64,000 bases of DNA from Thermoanaerobaculia bacterium. Its GTDB lineage: Bacteria; Acidobacteriota; Thermoanaerobaculia; Multivoradales; UBA5704. Of this stretch, positions 1-9,016 are shown piece by piece. Numbering within the stretch: position 1 is the stretch's first letter; each line of letters starts with the position of its first letter. The notes below the pieces were generated by a model. That model was given only the letters and a program-made list of their open reading frames with translations. It was not told the DNA's origin and did no database searches. Where the stretch lies: the NCBI GenBank assembly GCA_036264085.1, contig DATARR010000012.1, positions 34,260 through 98,259 of the forward strand. The letters run 5' to 3'. Both the position numbers and the translations under genes were made by a program.

Positions 1-604
1 ACTGGACGGCCGGCACGAAGATGGAGGCCGAGACGCCGAAGCTCTGGAGCCCGTCGGGCGCGACGCCGACCAGGAGGAGGGAACGGCCGTTGATCCGCAG
101 CGGCCGGCCGACGACGGCCGGGTCTCCCCCCAGAACCCCTTTCCAAAAGGGATAGCTGACCACGGCCACGGGCTCGGCGCCCGCCCGGTCGTCGCTGGCC
201 TGGAGCAGGCGTCCCACGGCGGGCCGGGCGCCGAAGAAGGAGAAGTAGTTGCCGCTGACCAGCTCCCCCCAGGCGAAGAGCGTCGTGCCGCCATGGCCCA
301 CTGTGGTCCCCATGGGGGAGAAGGCCGCGATTTCGGCGACGGCGCTCTGCTGGCGCCGGAGGTCGAGGTATTCGGGATAGGAGGCCGGGGCCTCCTTCTC
401 GTCGGCGCTGCCGGTGTAGACCCAGACGATACGCTCCGCCCCCGGCGCCTCGATCGTGGGCCAGAGGATGGAGGCGAGATAGGCGAAGAGGGCCGTGGCC
501 GCGCCGATGCCCAGCGCCAGCGTCAGCACCACGACCAACGGCAGCTCGGGCTGGCGGGCGAGCGACCGCACGATGGTCCAGAGATCCTTGACGAAGTCGC
601 GCAC
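1..604 (-). CDS. ABC transporter permease, MacB/FtsX-like (N-terminal part, continues beyond window start)
   Basis: Own minus-strand translation from GTG at 604: VRDFVKDLWTIVRSLARQPELPLVVVLTLALGIGAATALF (TM helix), then WGELVSGNYFSFFGARPAVGRLL, a typical MacB-type periplasmic domain signature. No stop before position 1. Absent from the ORF track because it is open at the window edge. Confidence 0.75.
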   Translation of the reverse strand, partial: MRDFVKDLWTIVRSLARQPELPLVVVLTLALGIGAATALFAYLASILWPTIEAPGAERIVWVYTGSADEKEAPASYPEYLDLRRQQSAVAEIAAFSPMGTTVGHGGTTLFAWGELVSGNYFSFFGARPAVGRLLQASDDRAGAEPVAVVSYPFWKGVLGGDPAVVGRPLRINGRSLLLVGVAPDGLQSFGVSASIFVPAVQ

Positions 605-659
605 CGCTGCCCTCCGCGAGTCCGATTGAGATCTTCTTACGTCGATCCCGAGGGATAGT

Positions 660-3323
660 TTACGGCTGAACCCCGGCGCGCCGCTCGAACCACTCCTGCG
701 GACGGATCAGCTTGAAGCTGCGCTGGCCGTCGAGCAGCTCGATGCCCGCCGAGAGGTGGCCATAACGGACGAGCAGGTCGCCCTGCTTGCGCTCCTTGGA
801 GAAGCTCATCCGGGAGCGGACCGTGAGATTGCCGCCGGTCGCCTGCAGAGAGTCGATGGCCACCGTGCCCCGTTCGATGCGCAGCGCGACTTGGGCGATG
901 ACGCCCTCGACGCTCAGCACGCTGTCGAACCACTTGACGGCCCGGCTGCGCTGGGCGAACAGTGCGATCAGGGGTCCCGAATCCCGCATCTCCACCTGGC
1001 CGGCGGCGCGCAGGGAGAGCGGCTGGCCCCAGACCACCGCGGCGTCGCCGAGCCGCGCCCGCGCCCACCAATCGGCAGGCGCGCTCGGAGCGGTGTCGCC
1101 GGCCTGGCGGTACGACACGCGGTCCAGCATCAGCCGGGCGCCGTCGAGGTCGAAGTGGCGGCCCTGGAGATCCGGGCTGGAAAAGGGAGCCTGGAGGGCC
1201 ACGCGCCCCTGGATCTCCAGGTCCTGGAAGCCGACGCGTGCCGCGTCGGAGATCAGGGAGGCCGTGCCCCGGGTCCTGCCGGTGGCAGTCGACAGCGAGA
1301 GCTGCAGCCCCGCCCGCCCCGTGCCGGAGAGGATGTAGAAGCCGGCGCCCGCGGGCAGCAGGGCGTCGTACACCGTCAGGTCCGGTACCTCGGCGTCAGT
1401 CAGAGAGAGGGACGCATCGAAGTCCGGAAGGGTTCCTCCGAGGTCGACGGGAGCGGCGGCGGTGGCGGCCATCCGCAGGTTGCGGCCCCGGAGGTAGTCG
1501 GGCCGGCCGGGTTGCAGCAGGTCGGCGAGGCCGAACCGGTCGAGATCGACGCGCAGGTCGGTCCGGCCGTGAGGATCGACGGCCACCGTCACCGTGCCCG
1601 CGCCGGAGGCGAGGCTGTCCAGCAGCCGGGCCCGCACCCGGGCCTGGCGGATGGCGAGGTGGCTCCCGGGCACGAGCCGGCCGGCGTCGAGGCGGACGGC
1701 GGCGTCCAGGTTCCCCTGGCCCTGGAGCTCGAGCCAGGGGACCTTGCGCAGGAAGGAGTTGAGGAAGCCCAGCGAGGAGATCCGGGCGCGCACGTCCGCC
1801 GCGCCCGAGACCTGGCGCAGGAAGGCGAGACCCGGAGCGGAGCCGAGCACCAGGGGAGAGACGCGGACCTCGGCCTTCACGCCGAGGCCCCGGGCGACCG
1901 GCTGGCCGGCGAGGAGGAGAGCCCCGGTGGGCAGGGACAACGCGGCCCGCTGCACGTCGAGGTTTCTCGCGGGGTCGTAGCTGAAGGTGGCTTCGAGCTG
2001 GGATGCGCCGGTCAGCCGGAACGGGTCGACGGCGATCTCCCGGATGCCGGCCAGCCGGGCGCCGGCCATGCGGACGCTCCAGGACGGCCGGCGCGGCGCT
2101 GAGGTCACAGGCTTGGTCTCGGTGAGGTCGAGCCGGGTGGAGACGCCCTCCGCCCGCAGGCCCTCGACGTCGACCTCGTGGCGCAGGAAAGCCGCAAGGT
2201 CGAGGCGGCCGGCGGCGTGGTCGACCGCCAGCCGCAGATTGGCGCGGGAGCCGGGGGCGTCGAGCCGCACCCCTTCGAGGCGCAGGTCTGCCCCGAGGGG
2301 CGGCGAGGCGGCGAGCTCGGCGGCGGTGCGCAGCTCCCGGGCGGTGACGAAGAGGCGGCGGAGCTGCACCACCGGGGTCTGAACGGTGCCGGCGATGGCG
2401 GCGCACTGGAAGACCGGCGGGCGGCCCGGAATCCGCCCCGCCTGGAGCCCCTGGGCCTGGAGGCCGAGACGGAGCCCGCTGGCTGGCGCTCCGGCCGCCA
2501 CGTCGGCGGTGAGCGTGAAGGCGGCGGGAGAGCCCACGGGTCCCCCGGCGACGAGCTCGGCGTGGCTCCCCGGCGTCAGGCGTCCGCGGTCCACCCGCAG
2601 GCCGGCCACCAGCCGGCCGGGTTTCCCGGCGTTCTGTAGCCCGGTCCTGGCGAGGAACGGCAGGCCCGGCACCCGCCCGCGGGCCGCGAGAGAGCCGGAG
2701 AGGAAATCCCACCCTTCCAGCCCCGGATGCTCGTGCGGCACGAAGGGGGAGAAGCTCACCGTTGCGTCGACGTCGAGGTCCTGGGCCAGGGCCTCCTGGT
2801 CCAGCCACAGCCGGCTGGCCGGCATGACCAGCCGCGAGCGGTCCATGCGGAACGCATTTCCGAACACGAGGGAGAAGCTCCCCGAAACCCGGCCCCGCCC
2901 GTCGCCCGTGAGGCGGAAATCGTTGTAGCCCACCTCGCGGACTCCCGTCAGCTCGATGCCTTCGAGCCGGAGCCTCCATGGCGACCGAGGTCTCTCGTCC
3001 GGCCTCTCCGACTGCGGCGGCGCGCCCTTGCCCTCGCCGCGCGACACCGAGGAGCGCACGCCCTCGCCGTGGAAACCGGTGACCACGAACCGCCGTCGGA
3101 GGAGGGCCGGCAGGTCGATCCAGCCGCGCCCCCGCTCCACCGTCACGGTCCAGGCGACATCATTTCGGGTCCACCCCCGGAGCGCGAGCCCGCGGACCTG
3201 CAAGGCGCCCGGCCACAGGCTCCAGGCCGCGGACCAGGAAGCCCGGAACCGCTCCGGCCGGCGGTTGATCGCCCGGGACCCAAGCGGCGTGTTGAGGAAG
3301 AGGTTGGCCGCCAGCAGGTACAC
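660..3323 (-). CDS. Large membrane-anchored hypothetical protein (possibly AsmA/TamB-like)
   Basis: 887-aa ORF with protein-like composition. The hydrophobic N-terminus continues in frame upstream of the called GTG (KRLLLALLALAAVYLLAANLF) back to a GGAGG box, so the true start is probably near 3390-3400. No catalytic motif recognised. Confidence 0.7.
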   Translation of the reverse strand: MYLLAANLFLNTPLGSRAINRRPERFRASWSAAWSLWPGALQVRGLALRGWTRNDVAWTVTVERGRGWIDLPALLRRRFVVTGFHGEGVRSSVSRGEGKGAPPQSERPDERPRSPWRLRLEGIELTGVREVGYNDFRLTGDGRGRVSGSFSLVFGNAFRMDRSRLVMPASRLWLDQEALAQDLDVDATVSFSPFVPHEHPGLEGWDFLSGSLAARGRVPGLPFLARTGLQNAGKPGRLVAGLRVDRGRLTPGSHAELVAGGPVGSPAAFTLTADVAAGAPASGLRLGLQAQGLQAGRIPGRPPVFQCAAIAGTVQTPVVQLRRLFVTARELRTAAELAASPPLGADLRLEGVRLDAPGSRANLRLAVDHAAGRLDLAAFLRHEVDVEGLRAEGVSTRLDLTETKPVTSAPRRPSWSVRMAGARLAGIREIAVDPFRLTGASQLEATFSYDPARNLDVQRAALSLPTGALLLAGQPVARGLGVKAEVRVSPLVLGSAPGLAFLRQVSGAADVRARISSLGFLNSFLRKVPWLELQGQGNLDAAVRLDAGRLVPGSHLAIRQARVRARLLDSLASGAGTVTVAVDPHGRTDLRVDLDRFGLADLLQPGRPDYLRGRNLRMAATAAAPVDLGGTLPDFDASLSLTDAEVPDLTVYDALLPAGAGFYILSGTGRAGLQLSLSTATGRTRGTASLISDAARVGFQDLEIQGRVALQAPFSSPDLQGRHFDLDGARLMLDRVSYRQAGDTAPSAPADWWARARLGDAAVVWGQPLSLRAAGQVEMRDSGPLIALFAQRSRAVKWFDSVLSVEGVIAQVALRIERGTVAIDSLQATGGNLTVRSRMSFSKERKQGDLLVRYGHLSAGIELLDGQRSFKLIRPQEWFERRAGVQP

Positions 3324-3519
3324 CGCGGCCAGGGCGAGGAGGGCGAGGAGGAGGCGCTTCAGCCAGAGGATGGGCTTCGCGGATTGTGCGTGGTTGATCA
3401 GCTCGCCTCCTTAGGCTCTGTATGTCCCCTGCCGCTCGTCACAGGCTCAGGTTAAGCAGGAGCCTTGCCATCGAGGGCAGCGACCCTGAGGGCGAACGAG
3501 GAGGTTGAACCGCTCCCAA

Positions 3520-3909
3520 TCAGAGGAGCTCGTGGCTGGACAAGTCGAGTGTGATCAGAAGCGCTCGTTCAAGTCGTTGCATGGCCTCTGGCGAAAGCGT
3601 GCCCCACTGTGATTGGAGTCGGGTCTTCGCGATCGCCCGGACCTGCTCGCCAAGGGCGATGGAATCGGCTCTCAGGCCGCCATCCGGGGCGCGGAGAACA
3701 ACTTGGCTGGGATAGATTCTCCGTTCCGGCTTCCAAGTCGTACACGGAACGACAACGACGACAGGGCTTGCTTCGTTGATGGCATCCCGACTGACCACGA
3801 CTACAGGCCGGACGCCCGCCTGCTCAGAGCCTTCCACCGGGTCGAGACGAGCCTCGAACACGTCGCCTCGTCTCAAGCGCTCCTCTCGGCGGCTCGCAGC
3901 GCCTCCCAA
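3520..3909 (-). CDS. mazF: MazF/PemK family endoribonuclease toxin
   Basis: RRGDVFEARLDPVEGSEQAGVRPVVVVSRDAINEASPVVVVVPCTT matches the PemK/MazF N-terminal signature (GD-V-LDP-GSEQ-G-RP-VV-S). Overlaps the upstream RHH gene. The start may lie downstream of the called ATG. Confidence 0.85.
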   Translation of the reverse strand: MGGAASRREERLRRGDVFEARLDPVEGSEQAGVRPVVVVSRDAINEASPVVVVVPCTTWKPERRIYPSQVVLRAPDGGLRADSIALGEQVRAIAKTRLQSQWGTLSPEAMQRLERALLITLDLSSHELL

Positions 3910-4154
3910 CTGGTCTCCGCGAGCTCGTCCTCAACCTGAACGGCTTCTTCCTGGTAGGTGCGATCGCTTGCCATGCGGGCAAATTCCGCATCGATCGCGG
4001 CACGGCGAGAGGCTGCGAGTTGCTTTCGTATGGCCCGTTCGAGAAAGTCGTTGCGGCTTTCGGCCTTTCCTTTTTCCACCACGGCATCCATCGCCTCGAG
4101 CAGGTCTGCTGAGAGAGCCACCGTAGTCCGAACTCTTCTTACCGTCATCTGCAT
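3873..4154 (-). CDS. Ribbon-helix-helix (CopG/MazE-like) antitoxin
   Basis: 93 aa. N-terminal RVRTTVALSADLLEAMDAVVEKGKAESRNDFLERAIRKQL has an RHH pattern and the C-terminus is acidic. Sits immediately upstream of and overlapping mazF. AGGAG RBS before the ATG. Confidence 0.8.
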   Translation of the reverse strand: MQMTVRRVRTTVALSADLLEAMDAVVEKGKAESRNDFLERAIRKQLAASRRAAIDAEFARMASDRTYQEEAVQVEDELAETSWEALRAAERSA

Positions 4155-4163
4155 CTCCTCTCA

Positions 4164-4181
4164 GGCATCAAGTATGATGCC
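4164..4181 (-). promoter_or_regulatory. Candidate operator palindrome of the mazEF module
   Basis: Perfect 7-bp inverted repeat GGCATCA-agta-TGATGCC, 10 nt upstream of the antitoxin start codon. RHH antitoxins typically autoregulate through such palindromes. Confidence 0.35.
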
Positions 4182-4382
4182 CTCTCGCGCATCACGCAAG
4201 GCACCAGCCTGTGGGCACTGAAGCGCTGGCCATCCCCGTCCGTCCCCCGCCAGGCGTTGAACCTGGCGGGGCCGTGGCGGGACTAACCTCTGAGCTGGCT
4301 CAGGAGGACTGAACCAGAGTATGATGTATTTGCTTCAGGGCTTTCCACGGTTCTCAACCGCAAACTACTCAGGAGGTGTGCA

Positions 4383-4931
4383 ATGAAGGTGAAAGTTCCG
4401 ATGCTCCTCGTCGTCCTGTCGTCGCTGGTGCTCGCGGGGGCTCTCCAGGCCCAGGAGGACGACCTGCAGGGGGCGGCCTCCCCGAACGTCCGGGGCACCG
4501 CGACCGCTCATCTGCAGTCATACCAGGAGGTGCCGGCGCTGTCGACGCCGGGCAGCGGCGACTTCGTCGCCACGATCAACGCGGCGGGCACCGAGATCAA
4601 CTACCAGCTTCGCTTCGCCAACCTGCAGGGGAAGGTCACCCAGTCGCACCTCCACTTCGCGCAGCCAGGGGTCAACGGCGCCATCATGATCTTCCTCTGC
4701 TCGAACCTGGGCAACGGCCCCGCCGGCACCCAGGCCTGCCCCACGGGCGGCGGCACCATCAGCGGCGTCATCCACGCCGCCGACGTCATCGGCAACACCC
4801 AGGGCATCGCTCCGGGCGAGCTGTTCGAGATCATCCAGGGGATCCGTGGCGGCGTGGTGTACGCCAACGTCCACAGCGATCTCTTCCCAGGCGGCGAGAT
4901 CCGCGGCCAGGTCCACTTCACGCATCACTAA
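4383..4931 (+). CDS. Secreted CHRD domain-containing protein
   Basis: Signal peptide MKVKVPMLLVVLSSLVLAGALQA. CHRD-like motifs LQSYQEVPALSTPGSG, SHLHFAQPGVNGAI and VYANVHSDLFPGGEIRGQV. Confidence 0.8.
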   Translation: MKVKVPMLLVVLSSLVLAGALQAQEDDLQGAASPNVRGTATAHLQSYQEVPALSTPGSGDFVATINAAGTEINYQLRFANLQGKVTQSHLHFAQPGVNGAIMIFLCSNLGNGPAGTQACPTGGGTISGVIHAADVIGNTQGIAPGELFEIIQGIRGGVVYANVHSDLFPGGEIRGQVHFTHH

Positions 4932-4957
4932 GAGCAGCTAGGACTTGGGGTGACGCC

Positions 4958-5359
4958 TCACCCCGGCAGCCGCCGCCAGCGGCGGACGCGGGCGATGCCG
5001 GGGGCGCGGAAGACCTCGGCTTCGACGGTTCGCGTGCGGCCGGCGTAGGTGGCCGTGGCCACCACGTCGAAGAGGCCGGGTCCCGGGGAGCTCACCTGCG
5101 TGCCGATCCTGCCGTGGCCGAAGTCGTGCGCCGGAGCGCCCGCGTAATCGGGGTTCCGGGCGAGGTTGGCCACCGCCTCGGCCACGGCGGCGTCGGCCAG
5201 GGCGGTGAGGACGACGGTCTGGGCGTCCTCGCGCACCAGGCGCATGCGGAGCTGGAGGGAGGCCGCGAGCAGGGCGAGCGCGATCGAAAGCAGGAAGATC
5301 ACCATCAGCGCCATCAGCAGACCGAAGCCGGCCTCGCCGCGGCGCCGGCGCTTCACCAC
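4958..5359 (-). CDS. Membrane-anchored pseudopilin-operon protein (GspK-like N-terminus)
   Basis: The track ORF 4958..5533 is over-extended. GTG at 5359 overlaps the stop of the upstream gene (GTGGTGAAG) and gives VVKRRRRGEAGFGLLMALMVIFLLSIALALLAA, a single N-terminal TM helix as in minor pseudopilins. Confidence 0.6.
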   Translation of the reverse strand: MVKRRRRGEAGFGLLMALMVIFLLSIALALLAASLQLRMRLVREDAQTVVLTALADAAVAEAVANLARNPDYAGAPAHDFGHGRIGTQVSSPGPGLFDVVATATYAGRTRTVEAEVFRAPGIARVRRWRRLPG

Positions 5360-5928
5360 GTGTCCCCCAGGCCGCCTCCCCGCGGGAGCAGGTACAGCCG
5401 CTGGGTCAGCTCCTCGGTGCGGGGACCCCGGTAGGCCGGCATCACCGCCAACGGCGTGTGGGGCACGGTGCGGCGGCGGTAGGTGACCTGCAGGTCCAGC
5501 AGACCCGTGCCCGGCACGAGCTGACAGCTCCACGCCGTCACGCCCCGCCAGAGGATTCTCGGCGGCGAGGGCGGATCGCCGTTCGCCGGCACGACCGAAC
5601 GGAAGAGGTCCGTGCCCTGCTTGACGTAGACCACCTGCCCCTCGGGCCCTCCGACCATCGTCACCGCCGCGAGCGAGCCGTCCGGCTGGAAGACGGGGGA
5701 GGCACCGGCCGCGCCCTGGACGTCGCCGCGGATGCGGGCGATCACCAGCGGCACCGGGGTGTCGATCGCCTCGCCGGAGATCTCCGCGAAGAGCTGCGAC
5801 GTCTCCATCAGGAGCTGCGCCGCGAGCAGCAGCCCCAGCATCAGCAGCAGGAGGGCGATCGAGAGCTCGATGAGCGTGAACCCGCCTTGCCCATCCGGAT
5901 CGACGAGGTCCTTTCGCGGCTGGCGCAT
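5353..5928 (-). CDS. Prepilin-type N-terminal cleavage/methylation domain protein (GspJ-like pseudopilin)
   Basis: GGFTLIELSIALLLLMLGLLLAAQLL is the canonical G-F-T-L-I-E prepilin motif. Confidence 0.8.
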   Translation of the reverse strand: MRQPRKDLVDPDGQGGFTLIELSIALLLLMLGLLLAAQLLMETSQLFAEISGEAIDTPVPLVIARIRGDVQGAAGASPVFQPDGSLAAVTMVGGPEGQVVYVKQGTDLFRSVVPANGDPPSPPRILWRGVTAWSCQLVPGTGLLDLQVTYRRRTVPHTPLAVMPAYRGPRTEELTQRLYLLPRGGGLGDTW

Positions 5929-5929
5929 C

Positions 5930-6355
5930 TCAGCCCTTGGGCGGGCTCCAGACCATCGTCTGGAGCTCCTTCTGGACTTTCCGCGCGTCCGCCGTGTAGC
6001 ACGCCCGGAGCGTCACATGGTAGAGGCCGGGAAGAGCGGTGAAATCGACCCGCATGGAGATCGCCAGGTCCTTGCGGGCGGGGCTGCCCACGGCGGTGGA
6101 AAAGCCGCCGAGTTCGGCGGTCCGGGGGGGTGGGAGGGGGAGGGGGATGACCCCGGCGCGCACCGCCTCCAGCGTCGACTCCATGGCGCGGAAGGCCTGC
6201 CGCTCGCCGTCCATCCGGCGCACCATCCGCGGATTCTGGAGGACCAGCTCCATGCCCAGCAGCAGCGCGACGCCCAGCAAGGCGAGGGCGACGAGGGCCT
6301 CGAGGAGGGTGAACCCGCTCTGGCCGGACTGGGATGGGCCGGGAGGAATGGCCAT
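5930..6355 (-). CDS. Prepilin-type N-terminal cleavage/methylation domain protein (GspI-like pseudopilin)
   Basis: SGFTLLEALVALALLGVALLLG prepilin motif. I prefer the ATG at 6355 (MAIPPGPSQSGQSGFTLLEAL) over the track start at 6409. Confidence 0.75.
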   Translation of the reverse strand: MAIPPGPSQSGQSGFTLLEALVALALLGVALLLGMELVLQNPRMVRRMDGERQAFRAMESTLEAVRAGVIPLPLPPPRTAELGGFSTAVGSPARKDLAISMRVDFTALPGLYHVTLRACYTADARKVQKELQTMVWSPPKG

Positions 6356-6427
6356 GGTGGTGAAGACCCGCGGGGAAGGATAGCACTTTGGCTCTAAGAT
6401 TGGCGACAACGCCTTGGAGCCCGGCCC

Positions 6428-6964
6428 TCACCGGACCGCCGGCTTCCGCTCGGCCACCAGCTTCTCGATCTTCTCCGCCAGCTCGGGGCTGCGCAGGCCT
6501 GCCGCCCTGGCCTGAGCCAACGCCGCCGCCGGCTTCCTCCCCTTCTCCAAGACCAGCCAGGCATACCACAGGGCGCCCGCCCGGCTGCCGGTGCTGCAAT
6601 GGAGGAGCACCGGCTTCTTGGCCTTCTTCATCGCGGCAAGGAAGCGGTCGAGGGTGGCCTGGTCCAGCGTCGCGGGGCTGACCGGGACGTTCACGTAGGC
6701 GAGGCCGTTCTGGCGAGCGGCCTCGACCTCGTCGAAGCCCCGCGGCTCCTCCGGCATCCGCAGGTCGAGAATGGTCTTGTAGCCGTCCTCGGCGAGGAGC
6801 TGAACCTGCTCGCCCGTGGGCTGGCCGGCCAACAAGACCCCGGGCTCGGGAACCGTGGCGTTGACGATGCCATAGGTCTCCGGCCCCCTGGCCCGGGCGG
6901 TGGTGAAAACGCAGATGGCCAGGAGGAAGGCCGCGATCAGGGCGTTTCTGCATCGGGAGCGCAT
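6428..6964 (-). CDS. Secreted DUF442/dual-specificity-phosphatase-like protein (CX5R motif)
   Basis: HCSTGSRAG is a CX5R phosphatase P-loop. Signal-like N-terminus MRSRCRNALIAAFLLAICVFTTARA from the ATG at 6964. Confidence 0.7.
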   Translation of the reverse strand: MRSRCRNALIAAFLLAICVFTTARARGPETYGIVNATVPEPGVLLAGQPTGEQVQLLAEDGYKTILDLRMPEEPRGFDEVEAARQNGLAYVNVPVSPATLDQATLDRFLAAMKKAKKPVLLHCSTGSRAGALWYAWLVLEKGRKPAAALAQARAAGLRSPELAEKIEKLVAERKPAVR

Positions 6965-7014
6965 GGCTCGAGCTCGCGGCGATCCTCTCACTTCGCCGGC
7001 CAGCAAACTCTCGG

Positions 7015-7203
7015 CTACCCGGTGACGACCGGCCAGGTCTCCGGACAGACGAAGCAGAGGCTCTGGCAGGTGCGATCCATGGAGCCGCCGCCCCCGATCT
7101 CCCTCTGCTGGGCCAGCCCCGCCGCAGCCCCCTTCAGGGTGGAGCCGTCGAGCAGGCGGAGGGTCTCTCGGGAGAGGGTCATCTTGCGGATTTTCTTGTG
7201 CAT
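7015..7203 (-). CDS. Small Cys-containing peptide with double-glycine-type leader (putative bacteriocin/RiPP precursor, copy P1)
   Basis: MHKKIRKMTLSRETLRLLDGSTLKGAAAG...IGGGG then MDRTCQSLCFVCPETWPVVTG. AAGGAG RBS 8 nt upstream. The leader is shared with the peptides at 39579 and 61008. Confidence 0.55.
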   Translation of the reverse strand: MHKKIRKMTLSRETLRLLDGSTLKGAAAGLAQQREIGGGGSMDRTCQSLCFVCPETWPVVTG

Positions 7204-7438
7204 GGGAAGTCTCCTTTGGCGTGCGCCAGAGTTGGCGTGACGCCCAAGCTTACCAAAGGTTCGCCGCCCCGTTGCGAAAGGTGGCTCGTGGCGGTAGGAT
7301 CCTCACTGGCTGAAGGGGCAGCCGCCAGTCCGCGGGAAGGGCCGAGCCCACCTCCGGTGACATCGATTCCGTGCGTCGTCACCTTCTTTCTGCCGAGGAG
7401 CAGCGGACGAATCGGCGCTTGCGAAAGGAGGTGGCTCC

Positions 7439-9013
7439 ATGCCCCTGTCCCTGCCCTCCCGTCCGAACCTCGATCAGCTCCGCAAACAGGCGAAGGACCT
7501 TCTCGCCGCGTGGCGGTCCGGCGACGCCGAAGCGCTGTCGTGGCTGCGCGAGCACCATCCTGAGTATGCGCAGGAGACCGTTCCCGCGGCGGATCTCCGG
7601 CTCGCCGACGCCCAACTGGTCACAGCGCGGCGATACGGGTTTGCGAGCTGGCCCCGGCTGAAGGAGGAGGTGGAGCTGGCGAGCCTGGTCTTCGCCGACC
7701 GGGTGAGGCACTTCGTACGGGCGGCGACGGAGGAGTCGTCGGGCCCTGTCGACGGCCCCTTCCTCCTGGCGAAGCGGATGCTGGCGCGCGACCCGGCCCT
7801 GGTACGGGCGGACGTCCATACCGCGCTGGTGCTGGGAGACGTCGCGGCGGTGAGCCGGCAGGTCGAGCGCGATCCGGACTGGGTGCGGCAGAAGGGCGGG
7901 CCGCGTGCGAACCGCGAGCCCCTGCTCTACGTGACCTACTCGAAATTCCACCGCGAGAGCCCGCGGATCGCCGAAGGGCTGCTGGCGACCGCCCGTCTGC
8001 TGCTCGACGCCGGCGCGGACCCGGACGCCTCGTTCATCAACGCTCAATGGCAGAGCCCGCTGGGCGCCCTCCTCGGCGCCTGCGGGGTGGCCAACTTCCC
8101 GGCCATGGCCGAGCTGCTGCTCGACCGCGGCGCGACGATCGACGACAACGAGTCGCTCTACCACGCGACGGAGCACGCGGATACCCGCTGCCTGGAGCTG
8201 CTGCTGACGCGCGGTGCGAATCCGCGGCGGACCAACGCCCTCAACCACGCCTTCGACGTCCGGGGTCTGGAGCGCATCCGGCTGCTGCTCGACCACGGAG
8301 CGGATCCGAACGAGGTGCTGGGCTGCAACGGCACGCCGCTCCACCTGGCGATCGAGAAGGGGCACGAGCGTGCGGTGCTGGAGCTGCTGGTGGCGCACGG
8401 CGCGGACGTCCAAGCCCGTCGATGGGACGGCCGGTCGCCGTACCAGGTGGCGATGCAGCACGGCCACCACGAGGCGGCGGCGTATCTCGCCGGGCTCGGC
8501 GCGGCTACGGATGCGACGCCTTTCGAGCGCTTCGCCGATGCCTGCGGGCGAGGCGACCTCGTCACGGCGCGGCGGGTGATCGGCGACCATCCGCGGTTGC
8601 TCGAAAAACTTTCGGGAGAGGACCGCCGCGCTTTCGTGCAGCTCGGCGCACAGGGAAAGACGGCGACGATCGCGGCCATGATCGACTGCGGCTTGCCGGT
8701 GAGCACGCGGGGAGGGCACGGTCAGACGGCGCTGCACTGGGCAGCCTGGCACGGCTGGCGGGATACGGCGGCGGCGCTGCTGTCGCGAGGCGCCGCCCTG
8801 GAGGCCGTGGAGGACGAGTTCGGCGCCACGCCCCTCGGTTGGGCGGTGCACGGCTGCGACAACTATCCGAACCCGGAAGGCGATTATCCTGGCGTGGTCC
8901 GCCTGCTGCTGGACGCGGGCGCGGACGCATCCGTGATCCAGGAGCTGCCGGACGCCGTGGCCGTCGCCGACCTGCTGCGCGCGTCCGGGGTGAAAGACCC
9001 GTCGGAGGAGTGA
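7439..9013 (+). CDS. Ankyrin repeat protein
   Basis: Repeated LLLDAGADPDA, LLLDRGATIDD, LLLTRGANPRR, LLLDHGADPNE, TPLHLAIEKGHERAVLELLVAHGADV, TALHWAAWHGWRDTAAALLSRGAAL. Confidence 0.9.
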   Translation: MPLSLPSRPNLDQLRKQAKDLLAAWRSGDAEALSWLREHHPEYAQETVPAADLRLADAQLVTARRYGFASWPRLKEEVELASLVFADRVRHFVRAATEESSGPVDGPFLLAKRMLARDPALVRADVHTALVLGDVAAVSRQVERDPDWVRQKGGPRANREPLLYVTYSKFHRESPRIAEGLLATARLLLDAGADPDASFINAQWQSPLGALLGACGVANFPAMAELLLDRGATIDDNESLYHATEHADTRCLELLLTRGANPRRTNALNHAFDVRGLERIRLLLDHGADPNEVLGCNGTPLHLAIEKGHERAVLELLVAHGADVQARRWDGRSPYQVAMQHGHHEAAAYLAGLGAATDATPFERFADACGRGDLVTARRVIGDHPRLLEKLSGEDRRAFVQLGAQGKTATIAAMIDCGLPVSTRGGHGQTALHWAAWHGWRDTAAALLSRGAALEAVEDEFGATPLGWAVHGCDNYPNPEGDYPGVVRLLLDAGADASVIQELPDAVAVADLLRASGVKDPSEE

Positions 9014-9016
9014 GCG

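Noticed and set aside
4947-4964. Hairpin ggggtga-cgcc-tcacccc between the convergent CHRD and pseudopilin genes, considered as a terminator.
   Set aside because: There is no U-tract on either strand, so it is too weak to call as a feature.
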